This document shows positions 7,828 through 16,929 of a stretch of DNA of 64,000 bases, in pieces; within the stretch, counting starts at the first letter, position 1, and each line of letters opens with the position of its first letter. A program made the translations under genes and the position numbers. The notes beneath the pieces are model-generated. The model was not told the origin of the DNA. It ran no database searches and saw only the letters and a list, made by a program, of their open reading frames with translations. The stretch is from the NCBI GenBank assembly GCA_041168925.1, contig JBEEJY010000010.1:12430-76429 (forward strand). The letters are read 5' to 3'. This stretch comes from Candidatus Parcubacteria bacterium (GTDB lineage: Bacteria; Patescibacteriota; Minisyncoccia; Phycocordibacterales; UBA2100).

Positions 7828-9354
7828 TCAGATCTTGAATACTTCGGGGCCCTCGCTCGTGTCTTTGAGGGCATAGCCTTTGCCCTCAAGCGCCGCGCGC
7901 AGCTCGTCGGCGCGCGGCCAATCCTTGGCCGCGCGCGCTTCCTCGCGATCCCTCATCAGTGCGCGAACGTCTTCTGGCAAGTCGGCGAGCGTAACGGGAA
8001 TCTCGCTCTCGGAAGCGGCGAGTCTTTTTGCCTGCTCGTCGGGCTCGAGGAGATTCAAACCGAGCACGCGGTCGAAATCGAGCAGCGTCGCAAGCACTTC
8101 AGCTTTGAGGAGAGAAGCATCTTTCGTCATCTCCCACAGCACGGCGAGCGCACCGGGCGTGTCGAGATCGTCGTTGATACGCTCGGTGAATTTGCTCTTC
8201 CACGACGCGGCAGGGGAGGACGGCGGCTCCGCAATCGACAGCCGAAGCGAGAGAATCTTCCCGTACGCCGTTTGCGCCGCCGCAAGCGCTTCCCACGTAA
8301 AGTTCGAGTTCGTCCGGTAGTGCGCGCCAAGCAGAAGATACCGCAGCGAGAGGGGATGAAAGCCGCGCTCCACGATATCGGATAGATACACGATATTTCC
8401 TTCGGATTTCGCGATTTTGGCGCCCTCGAGCTGGAGATGAGCCCGGTGAAGCCAGAAACGGCTCAACGGACGCTTGCCGGTGGCGCATTCGGATTGCGCG
8501 ATCTCGTTGTTGTGGTGAATAGGAATATGCTCGATCCCGCCGGTGTGAATATCGATTTGGGCGCCGAGCACGGCGCGAATCATCGCGGAGCATTCGATAT
8601 GCCAGCCGGGAAAGCCCCTGCCCCACGGCGAATCCCAGCCGATCTTTTTGCCGGATTTCCAAAGGAGAAAATCCGTCGGATGGCGCTTGGAATCGTCCTT
8701 GCCGACGCGGGCGCCCTCTTTCAAACCTTCCAGCCGCACCTTGCCGAGTTTACCGTAATCGCTGAAGCGCGACGTATCGAAATAAACGCCGTGCGCGCCC
8801 CTGTACGCGTATCCCTTCTCCTCGAGGGTCTTGATCATCGCGATTTGCGCGGGAATGTAATCACTCGCGCGGGGAAATGCGATCTTTTCGACTTCAATAT
8901 TAAGGGCGCGAATGTCTTCGAGAAAAAGGTTGGCGTATTTCTCGCCGAGCGCGCGCATGTTCGCGAGAGTAGGGGAAAGACCCTCCCGCTTGAGACCTCT
9001 GGTCATCTTGTCTTCGCCCTCGTCGGCGTCCGATGTGAGGTGGCCAAAGTCGGTGAAGTTGATCGCCTGCTTCACGGTATAGCCGTTGTACTCGAGCATT
9101 CTGCGAAGCACGTCGGTAAAAACGAACATCGAAAGATTCCCGATATGCTGGCGGCCGTAAACCGTGGGCCCGCAGTTGTACATGCGCACCTCTTTTGTAT
9201 GAGCGGGCAGGACGAATTCTTGCAGCTCGCCGCCGAGCGTGTTGTGCAGACGCACAGATACGCCATTGCCAGAGCGTTTTTTTTGCGTCCACGCGGCCGC
9301 CGCGTCGATCATCATGACATACAGCGAACCGACGAATTCGAGTAACGACGACAT
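7828..9354 (-). CDS. cysS: cysteinyl-tRNA synthetase
   Basis: NCGPTVYG..HIGN (HIGH-class), WHIECS, and KMSKS-like KIAKSEGN motifs with a DALR-like C-terminus. Start placed at MSSLLEF; the track ORF extends to an alternative upstream start at 9414. The stop codon abuts the leuS stop (TGAtca). Confidence 0.9.
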   Translation of the reverse strand: MSSLLEFVGSLYVMMIDAAAAWTQKKRSGNGVSVRLHNTLGGELQEFVLPAHTKEVRMYNCGPTVYGRQHIGNLSMFVFTDVLRRMLEYNGYTVKQAINFTDFGHLTSDADEGEDKMTRGLKREGLSPTLANMRALGEKYANLFLEDIRALNIEVEKIAFPRASDYIPAQIAMIKTLEEKGYAYRGAHGVYFDTSRFSDYGKLGKVRLEGLKEGARVGKDDSKRHPTDFLLWKSGKKIGWDSPWGRGFPGWHIECSAMIRAVLGAQIDIHTGGIEHIPIHHNNEIAQSECATGKRPLSRFWLHRAHLQLEGAKIAKSEGNIVYLSDIVERGFHPLSLRYLLLGAHYRTNSNFTWEALAAAQTAYGKILSLRLSIAEPPSSPAASWKSKFTERINDDLDTPGALAVLWEMTKDASLLKAEVLATLLDFDRVLGLNLLEPDEQAKRLAASESEIPVTLADLPEDVRALMRDREEARAAKDWPRADELRAALEGKGYALKDTSEGPEVFKI

Positions 9355-9361
9355 GAAAGCG

Positions 9362-10299
9362 CTACAGCCACTTCCTATACCGGAAATACCAGAGCATTCC
9401 GACTCCCGCGACAAAGACGCTGCCGACGATCACCCAAAAGCCGTTGGGAATGTTGCTGATCGGATTGCTTACCGTGTTGACGTCGAAGATCGCGACGAAG
9501 AGCGATAGCGGAAAAGTGAGGAGCGCCATGATGGTAAGGATGCGCATCGTTTCGTTTTGCTTCGTCGTGAGCAGAGAGTCGTTGGTCTCGCGAAGTTCAT
9601 GGAGAGATTCGATCTCCCTCATGACGTGATTGTGGACCCGGTAGTATTCGTCGGAAAGGGCACGGACGTAGGGCGCGAACGATTCGCCGAAGAATTGCGC
9701 GCCTACCGTCTCGAATTCGCGCAGCACGTCGCGATGAGGCTCAATGCGCTGTCGGAGACTCAAGAGATCGCGGGCGTTGCGCGAGATCGTCTCGACCATC
9801 TGCACTTCGTGTCCGCTGAAAATATGCTCTTCGATGATTGCAAGCTCATGTCTGATGTATTCGACCTCGTGCTCGACTGACTGGTAGAGTTTCTTGAGCA
9901 TGTAGTAGAACATGTAGCCTGCGTGATCGCCGAGGTTGCTCTTGTCGAGCAGAGAATTAACTTCGAAAACCTTCGAGAATTTGTGCAGCGGATCGATCGT
10001 TTCGTAATGAGTCGTCACTAGGTACTTCTTGCCGATCAGGAAATCCACTTCCTGCTCCCGAGTTTTGTGGCTGTGGCGCAGGGCGGGAAAGTGAAGCACG
10101 AGGTATAGGTAGTCGCCGTGATACTCCGCGTGCGGCTTGGTCGAGGGAAGCAAGAGTTCTTCGGCGACGAGCGGCTCGACGCCGAACTCATTGACGATAT
10201 CTTGTACTTCGTCGCGGGTGGGGGATTCAAGGTCGATCCACACCAAGCCGTTATGCTGGTAGCGGCTATGCATTCGAAAAGTATACCGCCACTCTTTCA
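9362..10299 (-). CDS. corA: CorA-family divalent cation transporter with a non-canonical D-V-N in place of the G-M-N signature
   Basis: CorA-like cytoplasmic domain plus 2 C-terminal TM helices (MRILTIMALLTFPLSLFVAIFDVN...GFWVIVGSVFVAGVGMLWYFRYRKWL). Start chosen at MKEWRY; the upstream part of the track ORF is Arg-rich and would overlap the cysS start region. Confidence 0.75.
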
Positions 10300-10362
10300 T
10301 AGTCACTAGGGCTGCCTCGCACAAAGTGGCCAACGGGTATGAGATATGGGATAATCCCCGCA

Positions 10363-11619
10363 ATGTATACAATCGCGCGCAAGCAGATACCGCTCGCGCT
10401 CGCCGTTTTGTGCGGAGCGGCGATAGCGCTTGTGGCATTCGGGGCAGGGCTCGTATTCGCGCCGAGAATGCCCGATGGCGTGATGCCGACTCTTTCAGGC
10501 GGGAGTGCTCCTCCGCAAGATGTCGATTTTTCACCGGTGTGGAAAGCGTGGGGCGTGATAAACGATAAATTCGTCCCGGCCGCGGTCGCAACGTCGACAA
10601 AAGTCGCGACTTCCACCGAAGAGATGAATCAGGAAAAAGTATGGGGCATGATCGAAGGATTGGCCGCTTCACTCAATGATCCGTATACCTTTTTCCTTCC
10701 GCCGCCGGAAAACCAGCAATTCACCGACGACATGAGCGGCGCATTCGAAGGTGTCGGCATGGAGATCGCGGTACGCGATCAAGTCCTCACGGTCGTTTCG
10801 CCCCTCAAGGGCACTCCCGCAGAAAAAGCCGGGCTCAAGAGCAAGGATCAGATACTGAAGATCGACGGAGAATCGACCCAGGGACTTGATGTGAATGCGG
10901 CGGTGCGGAAGATCCGAGGGCCAAAGGGAAGCATCGTGACGCTCACCGTGTTTCGATCAGGATGGAGCGAGCCGAGGGAGATTAAGGTCATGCGCGACGT
11001 GATCAACGTGCCGACGCTTTCAACGACGGCGCGCGAGGACGGGGTCTTCGTCATTCAGCTCATGAGCTTTACCGCAAATTCTCCGGAGCTTTTCCGCAAC
11101 GCGCTTCGTGAATTCGTGCGGTCGGGCGATACCAAGCTCGTTCTCGATTTGCGCGGAAATCCCGGCGGCTATCTCGAGGCGGCGGTCGAGATGGGAAGCT
11201 GGTTCTTGCAAAGCGGCAAGGTGATCGTCACGGAGGATTATGCCGGACATGCGCCCAATATCGTCCATCGAAGCCTCGGCTACGACATTTTCAATAAGAA
11301 TTTGCGCATGGTCGTGCTCGTCGATCACGGCTCGGCATCCGCGGCGGAAATACTTGCGGACGCCCTGCATCACTATCGCATCGCAACAATGGTAGGAGAC
11401 AACACCTTCGGCAAGGGATCGGTGCAAGAGCTCGTCGACATCGCAAACGGGAGCGCGCTCAAGATCACGGTCGCCCGCTGGCTCGGGCCCGATGGCGAAC
11501 AGATACCGCGGGAAGGAATCATTCCCGACGTGCGCGTAGAGTTTACGGACAAGGACAAGGAAACGGGGAGGGATCCGCAGATGGATCGCGCCGTGGAGAT
11601 ACTGAGAAACGGCCTGTGA
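10363..11619 (+). CDS. ctpA: C-terminal processing peptidase, S41 family (PDZ + peptidase S41)
   Basis: Signal-anchor N-terminus, a PDZ region (GMEIAVRDQVLTVVSPLKGTPAEKAGLKSKDQILKIDG), an S41 core (LVLDLRGNPGGYL...VLVDHGSASAAEILADAL) and a GKGS motif. Confidence 0.8.
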   Translation: MYTIARKQIPLALAVLCGAAIALVAFGAGLVFAPRMPDGVMPTLSGGSAPPQDVDFSPVWKAWGVINDKFVPAAVATSTKVATSTEEMNQEKVWGMIEGLAASLNDPYTFFLPPPENQQFTDDMSGAFEGVGMEIAVRDQVLTVVSPLKGTPAEKAGLKSKDQILKIDGESTQGLDVNAAVRKIRGPKGSIVTLTVFRSGWSEPREIKVMRDVINVPTLSTTAREDGVFVIQLMSFTANSPELFRNALREFVRSGDTKLVLDLRGNPGGYLEAAVEMGSWFLQSGKVIVTEDYAGHAPNIVHRSLGYDIFNKNLRMVVLVDHGSASAAEILADALHHYRIATMVGDNTFGKGSVQELVDIANGSALKITVARWLGPDGEQIPREGIIPDVRVEFTDKDKETGRDPQMDRAVEILRNGL

Positions 11620-12047
11620 AAGTGATTCTCCTTAAAGACGTGGGCGGAGTGGGGCGGCGTGATGAGGTACGCGAAGTTTCCGACGGCTACGCGTTCAACT
11701 TCCTGATAGCGCGCGGACTGGCGGTGCAGGCGACTTCGGAGGCGCTTGCTCGGCATGAGAAAAACGTAAGCGCGTCTGCCGCAAAACGCGCGGCCGATGA
11801 AGAACGGCTCGCAAAATCTATCCGGGCGCTCGAAGGCAAACGAATCGAGCTTACCGTGCGCGCGACCGAGAAAGGAGGGCTTTTCAAATCAATCGGCGCG
11901 GACGAGATTCAAAAGGCGCTTGGCGATATTCCTCAAGACGCCATTGTGCTTCAGAAACCCATCAAATCGACAGGGGAGCACCAGGTAACGATTCGCGCCT
12001 CGGGCGCGGAGGCGCATATCAGCATCGCCGTAAGCGCGATTAAATGA
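11616..12047 (+). CDS. rplI: 50S ribosomal protein L9
   Basis: [25 protein letters not shown]-terminus typical of L9. 4-nt overlap with the upstream gene. Confidence 0.9.
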   Translation: MKVILLKDVGGVGRRDEVREVSDGYAFNFLIARGLAVQATSEALARHEKNVSASAAKRAADEERLAKSIRALEGKRIELTVRATEKGGLFKSIGADEIQKALGDIPQDAIVLQKPIKSTGEHQVTIRASGAEAHISIAVSAIK

Positions 12048-12312
12048 CGTCGACGACGGCTCTTCGCTTGGAGCGGCCGTCGAAATTGGTCTTACGAGTC
12101 GAGCGAAAGTGCACAACGCCCGCGATGCGTGCGAAAAGCGTGTGGTCTTTCCCCATGCCGATATTTCTACCCGGCACGATAGCCGTGCCGCGCTGCCTGA
12201 CGATGATCTCGCCGATAGCCACTTTTTGGCCGTCTGAGCGCTTTACGCCGAGATACTTCGGGTTTGAGTCATTGAGGTTTTTAGCTGTCCCGCCTGCTTT
12301 GGTTGTTGCCAT
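12040..12312 (-). CDS. rpmA: 50S ribosomal protein L27
   Basis: [35 protein letters not shown]...GKDHTLFA is the L27 signature. No adjacent rplU. Confidence 0.9.
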   Translation of the reverse strand: MATTKAGGTAKNLNDSNPKYLGVKRSDGQKVAIGEIIVRQRGTAIVPGRNIGMGKDHTLFARIAGVVHFRSTRKTNFDGRSKRRAVVDVI

Positions 12313-12332
12313 AGTGTTTTATGATTACGTGC

Positions 12333-12695
12333 ATGCCAAATATACAGGAAATATGGCTGGAAATCAAGGGTGTGGGGCGTGAGGCCGTCGCACAGTGGGG
12401 GCTTATCGCTATCGTGATACTGCTCGGCATCAGCTCCTTCGAACTCGGCCGGCTTTCAGCTCTGGAGTCCGCAACGCCGGTGCTTTCCATCACGTCTACG
12501 CATCTCGCGCCGCACCCCCGTCAGCTTGTCCAAGGAGGCTTGTACGTGGCCTCGCGTTCCGGGAGCGTCTATTACTATCCGTGGTGTACGGGGGCGACGA
12601 AGATTCTTCCGGCGAATCAGGTCTGGTTTGCCGATGAGAGCGCCGCGGTGCGCGCAGGCTATAGAGCGGCGAAGAACTGCAAAGGAATGGAGTAA
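12333..12695 (+). CDS. small membrane-anchored protein with a conserved C-terminal Y..PWC...GYRAAKNC motif (resembles Ada-type metal-binding/zinc-ribbon motifs but has only 2 Cys)
   Basis: One N-terminal TM helix; C-terminal VYYYPWCTGATKILPANQVWFADESAAVRAGYRAAKNC. Start at MPNIQEI assumed. Confidence 0.45.
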   Translation: MPNIQEIWLEIKGVGREAVAQWGLIAIVILLGISSFELGRLSALESATPVLSITSTHLAPHPRQLVQGGLYVASRSGSVYYYPWCTGATKILPANQVWFADESAAVRAGYRAAKNCKGME

Positions 12696-12742
12696 GGATT
12701 GTGTCGTTTGGGCATACTCTCTCGCGGAGATATACTGTTCGT

Positions 12743-13378
12743 ATGTTGGTCGTCGACGTGGAAGCATCGGGCACCGAAGCCTCAAAGCACTCCATCGTGA
12801 GCGTCGGGGCGCTCGATCTGGCGAATCCTTCCAATCGATTTTACGAGGAATGCCGCACGTGGGATGGAGCGCATATCATGGACGAGGCGCTCGCGGTGAA
12901 CGGATTCACGAAAGGCCAGATCACCGACCCCCAAAAACAGAGCGAGGCCGATCTCGTGCATGCTTTTCTGCGCTGGAGCGATGCGCTCGATGAGCGTACG
13001 CTCGCCGGACAGAACGTTTCTTTCGATCGCGATTTTTTGAAGGCAGCCGCCGAACGTGCCGGACACACCGAGTGGCCGTTCGCGTACCGGACCATCGATA
13101 CGCACACGCTCTGCTACATGCACATGGTACAGCGCGGCCTGCAACCTCCGACGATTCACAAGCGAAGCGCGCTCGACCTGGATTCGATTCTCAACTACTG
13201 CGGGATTCCCGAGGAGCCAAATCCGCACAACGCACTCACCGGAGCGCTTTCGCACGCGGAAGTCATCGCGCGGCTTTTGTATGGAAGAAAATTGCTGCCG
13301 GAATTCGCACAGTTCGAGATTCCGTGGAAAAATAGTGCGTCGTTTAGGGCAATACCCCGCAGGGGAGAGGGGGTATAG
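12743..13378 (+). CDS. DnaQ-like (DEDDh) 3'-5' exonuclease
   Basis: Exo I motif MLVVDVEASGTE, an internal DRDFL motif, and Exo III-like HNALTGALSHAE. Start at MLVVDVE assumed. Confidence 0.7.
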   Translation: MLVVDVEASGTEASKHSIVSVGALDLANPSNRFYEECRTWDGAHIMDEALAVNGFTKGQITDPQKQSEADLVHAFLRWSDALDERTLAGQNVSFDRDFLKAAAERAGHTEWPFAYRTIDTHTLCYMHMVQRGLQPPTIHKRSALDLDSILNYCGIPEEPNPHNALTGALSHAEVIARLLYGRKLLPEFAQFEIPWKNSASFRAIPRRGEGV

Positions 13379-13469
13379 CGACAATGCGTAGCAGATCCAC
13401 TTTGCATACGGAAAAGAGATAACAAATACCGCGGCCTGTATTTTTTCTTGCTCAAGCGCCGCAAAAGAG

Positions 13470-13640
13470 CGTTGCGCAATTCACGTGCACTCGTGGTGTA
13501 ATACTTGTGGATATCGGGGCGGCGAGATGTGAAGCGTCGCACAATATATCTTTTGCGACGTATACATACGTATACGATCGGAAAAGATTCGCACGATTGT
13601 GCGGACTGAGCCGTTGTACAGTCGCACAATCGTGCCAAAA
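13470..13640 (+). promoter_or_regulatory. promoter/operator region packed with palindromes (TTGCGCAA, CACGTG, 2x CGCAC-N4-GTGCG, GTCGCA-N12-TGCGAC) upstream of the 13640 gene
   Basis: -35/-10 candidate TTGCGC-N19-TGTAATACT near 13473-13506. Two near-identical 14-bp palindromic sites at about 13590-13603 and 13623-13636, spaced about 33 bp. Confidence 0.4.
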
Positions 13641-14299
13641 TGATGCGCGACACCTTCATGGGACACAAGGAAGAGATCAGACGGATTCTCACGTCCCCCG
13701 AACGACGTGTCTTCCGAAAGCTCTCGACACCCCGGAAGATCCAAGATTACCTGGATGGCCTCCCTATCAACTTTGAGCTCTCGGGGGAGTCGAATTACTC
13801 TCCGAGGCGCGTGTTGAGCGCAAAGAAAGCGCATTGTCTCGAAGGCGCCGTGTTCGCGGCGGCCGTATTGGCCTACCACGGCAGGAAGCCGTTTTTGATG
13901 GATTTTCGCACGACGCCGAAGGATGATGATCACGTGGTCGCGCCGTTTGTTGAAAAAGGACTGTGGGGCGCGATAAGTAAAACGAATCACGCGATTTTGC
14001 GCTGGCGCGATCCGATCTATCGCTCGCCACGCGAGCTCGCGATGTCGTATTTTCACGAGTATCTCGAGTGGGATGGCCGCAAATCGCTCCGGGAGTATTC
14101 CGCGCCTTTTGACCTCACGCGGTACGCGCCTCACGAGTGGGTGATCGCCGAAGAAGACCTCGATTGGCTCGTCGAAGCGCTCGACGAGGCACGCCACTTC
14201 CCTATTGCGCCGAAAAAAATCTTGCGGCAGACGCGCCGCGCCGATGCAATCCAACTTTGCGCGATGAAATTAACCGAATGGAAGAAACCCTACAAGTAG
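13640..14299 (+). CDS. hypothetical protein with a transglutaminase-like Cys-His-Asp core (putative cysteine peptidase)
   Basis: KAHCLEGAVFAAAVLAYHGRKPFLMDF ... DDDHVVAPF resembles the transglutaminase-like/papain-like catalytic core. Weak assignment. Confidence 0.45.
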   Translation: MMRDTFMGHKEEIRRILTSPERRVFRKLSTPRKIQDYLDGLPINFELSGESNYSPRRVLSAKKAHCLEGAVFAAAVLAYHGRKPFLMDFRTTPKDDDHVVAPFVEKGLWGAISKTNHAILRWRDPIYRSPRELAMSYFHEYLEWDGRKSLREYSAPFDLTRYAPHEWVIAEEDLDWLVEALDEARHFPIAPKKILRQTRRADAIQLCAMKLTEWKKPYK

Positions 14300-15591
14300 T
14301 TGAGCGGATTGAGATAGCCCGAAAGCGGCGCGACGGGCATGACTGCGCTTGAGCACGAAGTCGATTTGTTGGTCGCGGAACCGAGCTTGATGATCTGCGT
14401 TGCCGCCGTCACATAGACGCCGAAGTGCAGGTGCGGGCCGGTTGCGTAGCCGGTTTCGCCGCTGTAACCGAGGATCTGGCCGGTAGAAACCGACTGCCCC
14501 TCGGAAACGGCGATCTGCGAAAGATGCGCATACATGGTACTCAAGCCATTGCTATGCTTCACCATCACCCATTTGCCGAAACTGTAGCAGCCGCGAACCT
14601 GATCGGTGTTACCGGTGCCGATGACGGTGCCCGAAAGCGCGGCAAGTATCGGAGTGCCGATCGTCGCCGCGAGATCGATGCCGTTGTGGCCTTTTCCATT
14701 GTACGCGCCCGACATCGCAAACGGCGTGTTGCCGAAGTATTGCGTAATCCTGACCTGTTCGAGAGGCCACTGCAAGATGCCCTTGCCGGCCGGAGTGATA
14801 TCGGAAGGGTTGATCGCGACATTGAATTTCGCCTTGAGATCGGACAGCGCCGCCTCCAGAGCAGCCTCTTGAGACTTTTTTTGCTTGATGATGGCCTGGT
14901 AATTGGCCTCTTGATTCTTCGTTTCGGCAAGCAGGTCGTTCTGCGTTTTCTTGGTCGCGCTGAGGGAGCCCTGCTGCGCGACGAGCGTGCCTTTTTGTTT
15001 CTCGAGCTGCGCTTTTTTATCTTCGGTTTTTGTCTTGGTATCGGTTAGAGATCGTTTCTGTGTCGCGAGCTCGTCGATCTGCCCGTTGATGGCGGCGTGG
15101 AGAGATGCGCTTTGGTCCACCTCGCGCCACGCGTCGCCTACGGTATTACCCGCAAGGATCTGGACGATGAGCGGCTGATCCTCGATGTCCGACAGGCGGC
15201 GGATCGACTCCCCGAGACCCGCTTTGTCGGTCGCGATCGAAGATTCTTTGTCGGCGATACCGGCGGAGAGTTGCTGGATTTCGAGCTGTGTCGACCCGAT
15301 TTTATTTTTAGTGACGTTGATCGAAGCGGAGGTTTTCTTCAGCGAGAGATCGATTTGAGAAAGCGTATTTTGGAGCGTTTGTTTCTTTCCCGACACCGCT
15401 TCGAGCTGCTTTTGGTACTGCGCGATCTCTTTATCAAGCTGCTCGATCGCCGCATTGTGCACGTCGATTTGGCGTTGTAGATCATCCGCGGTCTGCGACG
15501 TGGTTGTGGCGCTTTGCGCAAAAAGAAGCACCGGCACGATAAGGAACGGGAGCATAAGCGCTCCAGCGCGTATTCTTCCATCACTCCTCAT
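14290..15591 (-). CDS. M23 family peptidase with an N-terminal coiled-coil (EnvC/murein hydrolase activator-like)
   Basis: Signal peptide, a long Q/K/E-rich coiled-coil, and a C-terminal M23 domain (GHNGIDLAA...YAHLSQ...HLHFGVY). Start overlaps the gltX stop by 4 nt. Confidence 0.8.
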   Translation of the reverse strand: MRSDGRIRAGALMLPFLIVPVLLFAQSATTTSQTADDLQRQIDVHNAAIEQLDKEIAQYQKQLEAVSGKKQTLQNTLSQIDLSLKKTSASINVTKNKIGSTQLEIQQLSAGIADKESSIATDKAGLGESIRRLSDIEDQPLIVQILAGNTVGDAWREVDQSASLHAAINGQIDELATQKRSLTDTKTKTEDKKAQLEKQKGTLVAQQGSLSATKKTQNDLLAETKNQEANYQAIIKQKKSQEAALEAALSDLKAKFNVAINPSDITPAGKGILQWPLEQVRITQYFGNTPFAMSGAYNGKGHNGIDLAATIGTPILAALSGTVIGTGNTDQVRGCYSFGKWVMVKHSNGLSTMYAHLSQIAVSEGQSVSTGQILGYSGETGYATGPHLHFGVYVTAATQIIKLGSATNKSTSCSSAVMPVAPLSGYLNPLNYL

Positions 15592-16928
15592 ACGGGCAGC
15601 GCTCGGAGAGCCGCGTCTATCCGGCGGAGCGTCGAATCTTTGCCGATGATCGACGCGACCACGAATGGATCCGGAGAGCGCTCTTTTCCAGTGAGCGCAT
15701 AGCGCAGCGGCCAGAGCACCGCACCACGGCCATGTTCGCTCGCATAGTCCCAGAGGGCGTCTTTGATCGCCGTCTCGCTTTCAAAATCGACGCCATCAAG
15801 CGCGCCAATCGCGTATCGCAGATGATTTTCAGCCTCATTAGCGCTGGATTTCCTTTCGGGTATCTTGCTCGCATCGAGCTTCGGATCCGCGAAAAAGAAA
15901 TCGTACTCCCCCGATTCGACCAAGGAGGCAAGCTGGTCCGTCGAATGGATCGATTGAGAAAGCAAGGAAGCGATGCGTTCCGCGATGGGAGGATCGCACG
16001 CGATGCCGCGCGATTCCAGACCCGCGCGCAGCGTCGGCATATAGTAGGCGATGAAACCGGCTCGCGGCATCGCGCGGAGGTATTCCCGGTTGAACCAGTT
16101 GAGCTTTTCGATGTCGAAGATTGCTCCGCTTTTGTGCAGATCCTTCAGATCGAACTCTTCCACCATTTCCTGCAGGCTGATCAGCTCGCGCTGCGATGGC
16201 GGCGTCCAGCCGAGCACCGCGAGATAATTGAGAAGCGCGGGCGCAAGGTAGCCCTTGGAGCGATAATCTCGCACGGCGACGTCACCCGTGCGCTTGGAGA
16301 GCTTGGCGCGCTCTGGAGACAGATGGAGCGGATAGTGAGCATACGCCGGGCGCGATACGCCGAGCGCCTCCTGGATAAGAATCTGCCGCGGCGTGTTCGA
16401 GATGTGGTCCTCGCCGCGGATGACGTGGGTAATTCCCATATCGGCATCATCGACGACGACCGCGAGATGGTAGAGCGGGTCATCGGCCGATCGAGCAATC
16501 GCGAAATCCTTGAGTTCGGCCGTATCGAAAGTGATATCGCCGCGGATCAGATCGCGAAAGGTCACCTTTGTGCCGGGATTCTTAAGGCGTATAACCGCAA
16601 CGCGCGTTCCGGGATCCTTCTTGCTCTCCTCATCGGAGGAGTACGCCTTCCCTTCTGCGATAAGTTTCTCGATCGCCGCGCGATACGCGGCCGTGCGCTC
16701 GGATTGCCGATGAAACTCGTCCCAAGAAAGGCCGAGCCAGTGCAGTTGTTCGATGATATCTTCCTCGAATTCGACGCGGCTGCGTTCTTTGTCCGTGTCT
16801 TCGCTTCGAAAGATGATCGCGCCATCGTTCTTTTTCGCGAATAGGTAGTTCAGTATCGCCATGCGGGCCGTGCCGACGTGGCAGTACCCTGTAGGGCTCG
16901 GAGGCAGTCTGACTCGAACGGAGGACAT
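15588..16928 (-). CDS. gltX: glutamyl-tRNA synthetase
   Basis: N-terminal VRLPPSPTGYCHVG (HIGH region) and KLSKR (KMSKS-like); class I GluRS architecture. Confidence 0.9.
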   Translation of the reverse strand: MSSVRVRLPPSPTGYCHVGTARMAILNYLFAKKNDGAIIFRSEDTDKERSRVEFEEDIIEQLHWLGLSWDEFHRQSERTAAYRAAIEKLIAEGKAYSSDEESKKDPGTRVAVIRLKNPGTKVTFRDLIRGDITFDTAELKDFAIARSADDPLYHLAVVVDDADMGITHVIRGEDHISNTPRQILIQEALGVSRPAYAHYPLHLSPERAKLSKRTGDVAVRDYRSKGYLAPALLNYLAVLGWTPPSQRELISLQEMVEEFDLKDLHKSGAIFDIEKLNWFNREYLRAMPRAGFIAYYMPTLRAGLESRGIACDPPIAERIASLLSQSIHSTDQLASLVESGEYDFFFADPKLDASKIPERKSSANEAENHLRYAIGALDGVDFESETAIKDALWDYASEHGRGAVLWPLRYALTGKERSPDPFVVASIIGKDSTLRRIDAALRALPV

Positions 16929-16929
16929 A

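Noticed and set aside
7822-7833. leuS and cysS stop codons abutting as the palindrome TGATCA with zero intergenic spacing
   Set aside because: Real, but most simply a consequence of genome compaction with convergent genes sharing terminator function elsewhere. Not pursued as a separate finding.
9362-10672. N-terminal 124 aa of the track ORF for corA; likewise N-terminal extensions of the 32217..33587, 33122..33985, 23144..24208 and 7828..9414 ORFs
   Set aside because: The track uses the most upstream alternative start. The extensions are Arg-rich, overlap neighbouring genes and precede clear conserved N-termini, so shorter starts were chosen.
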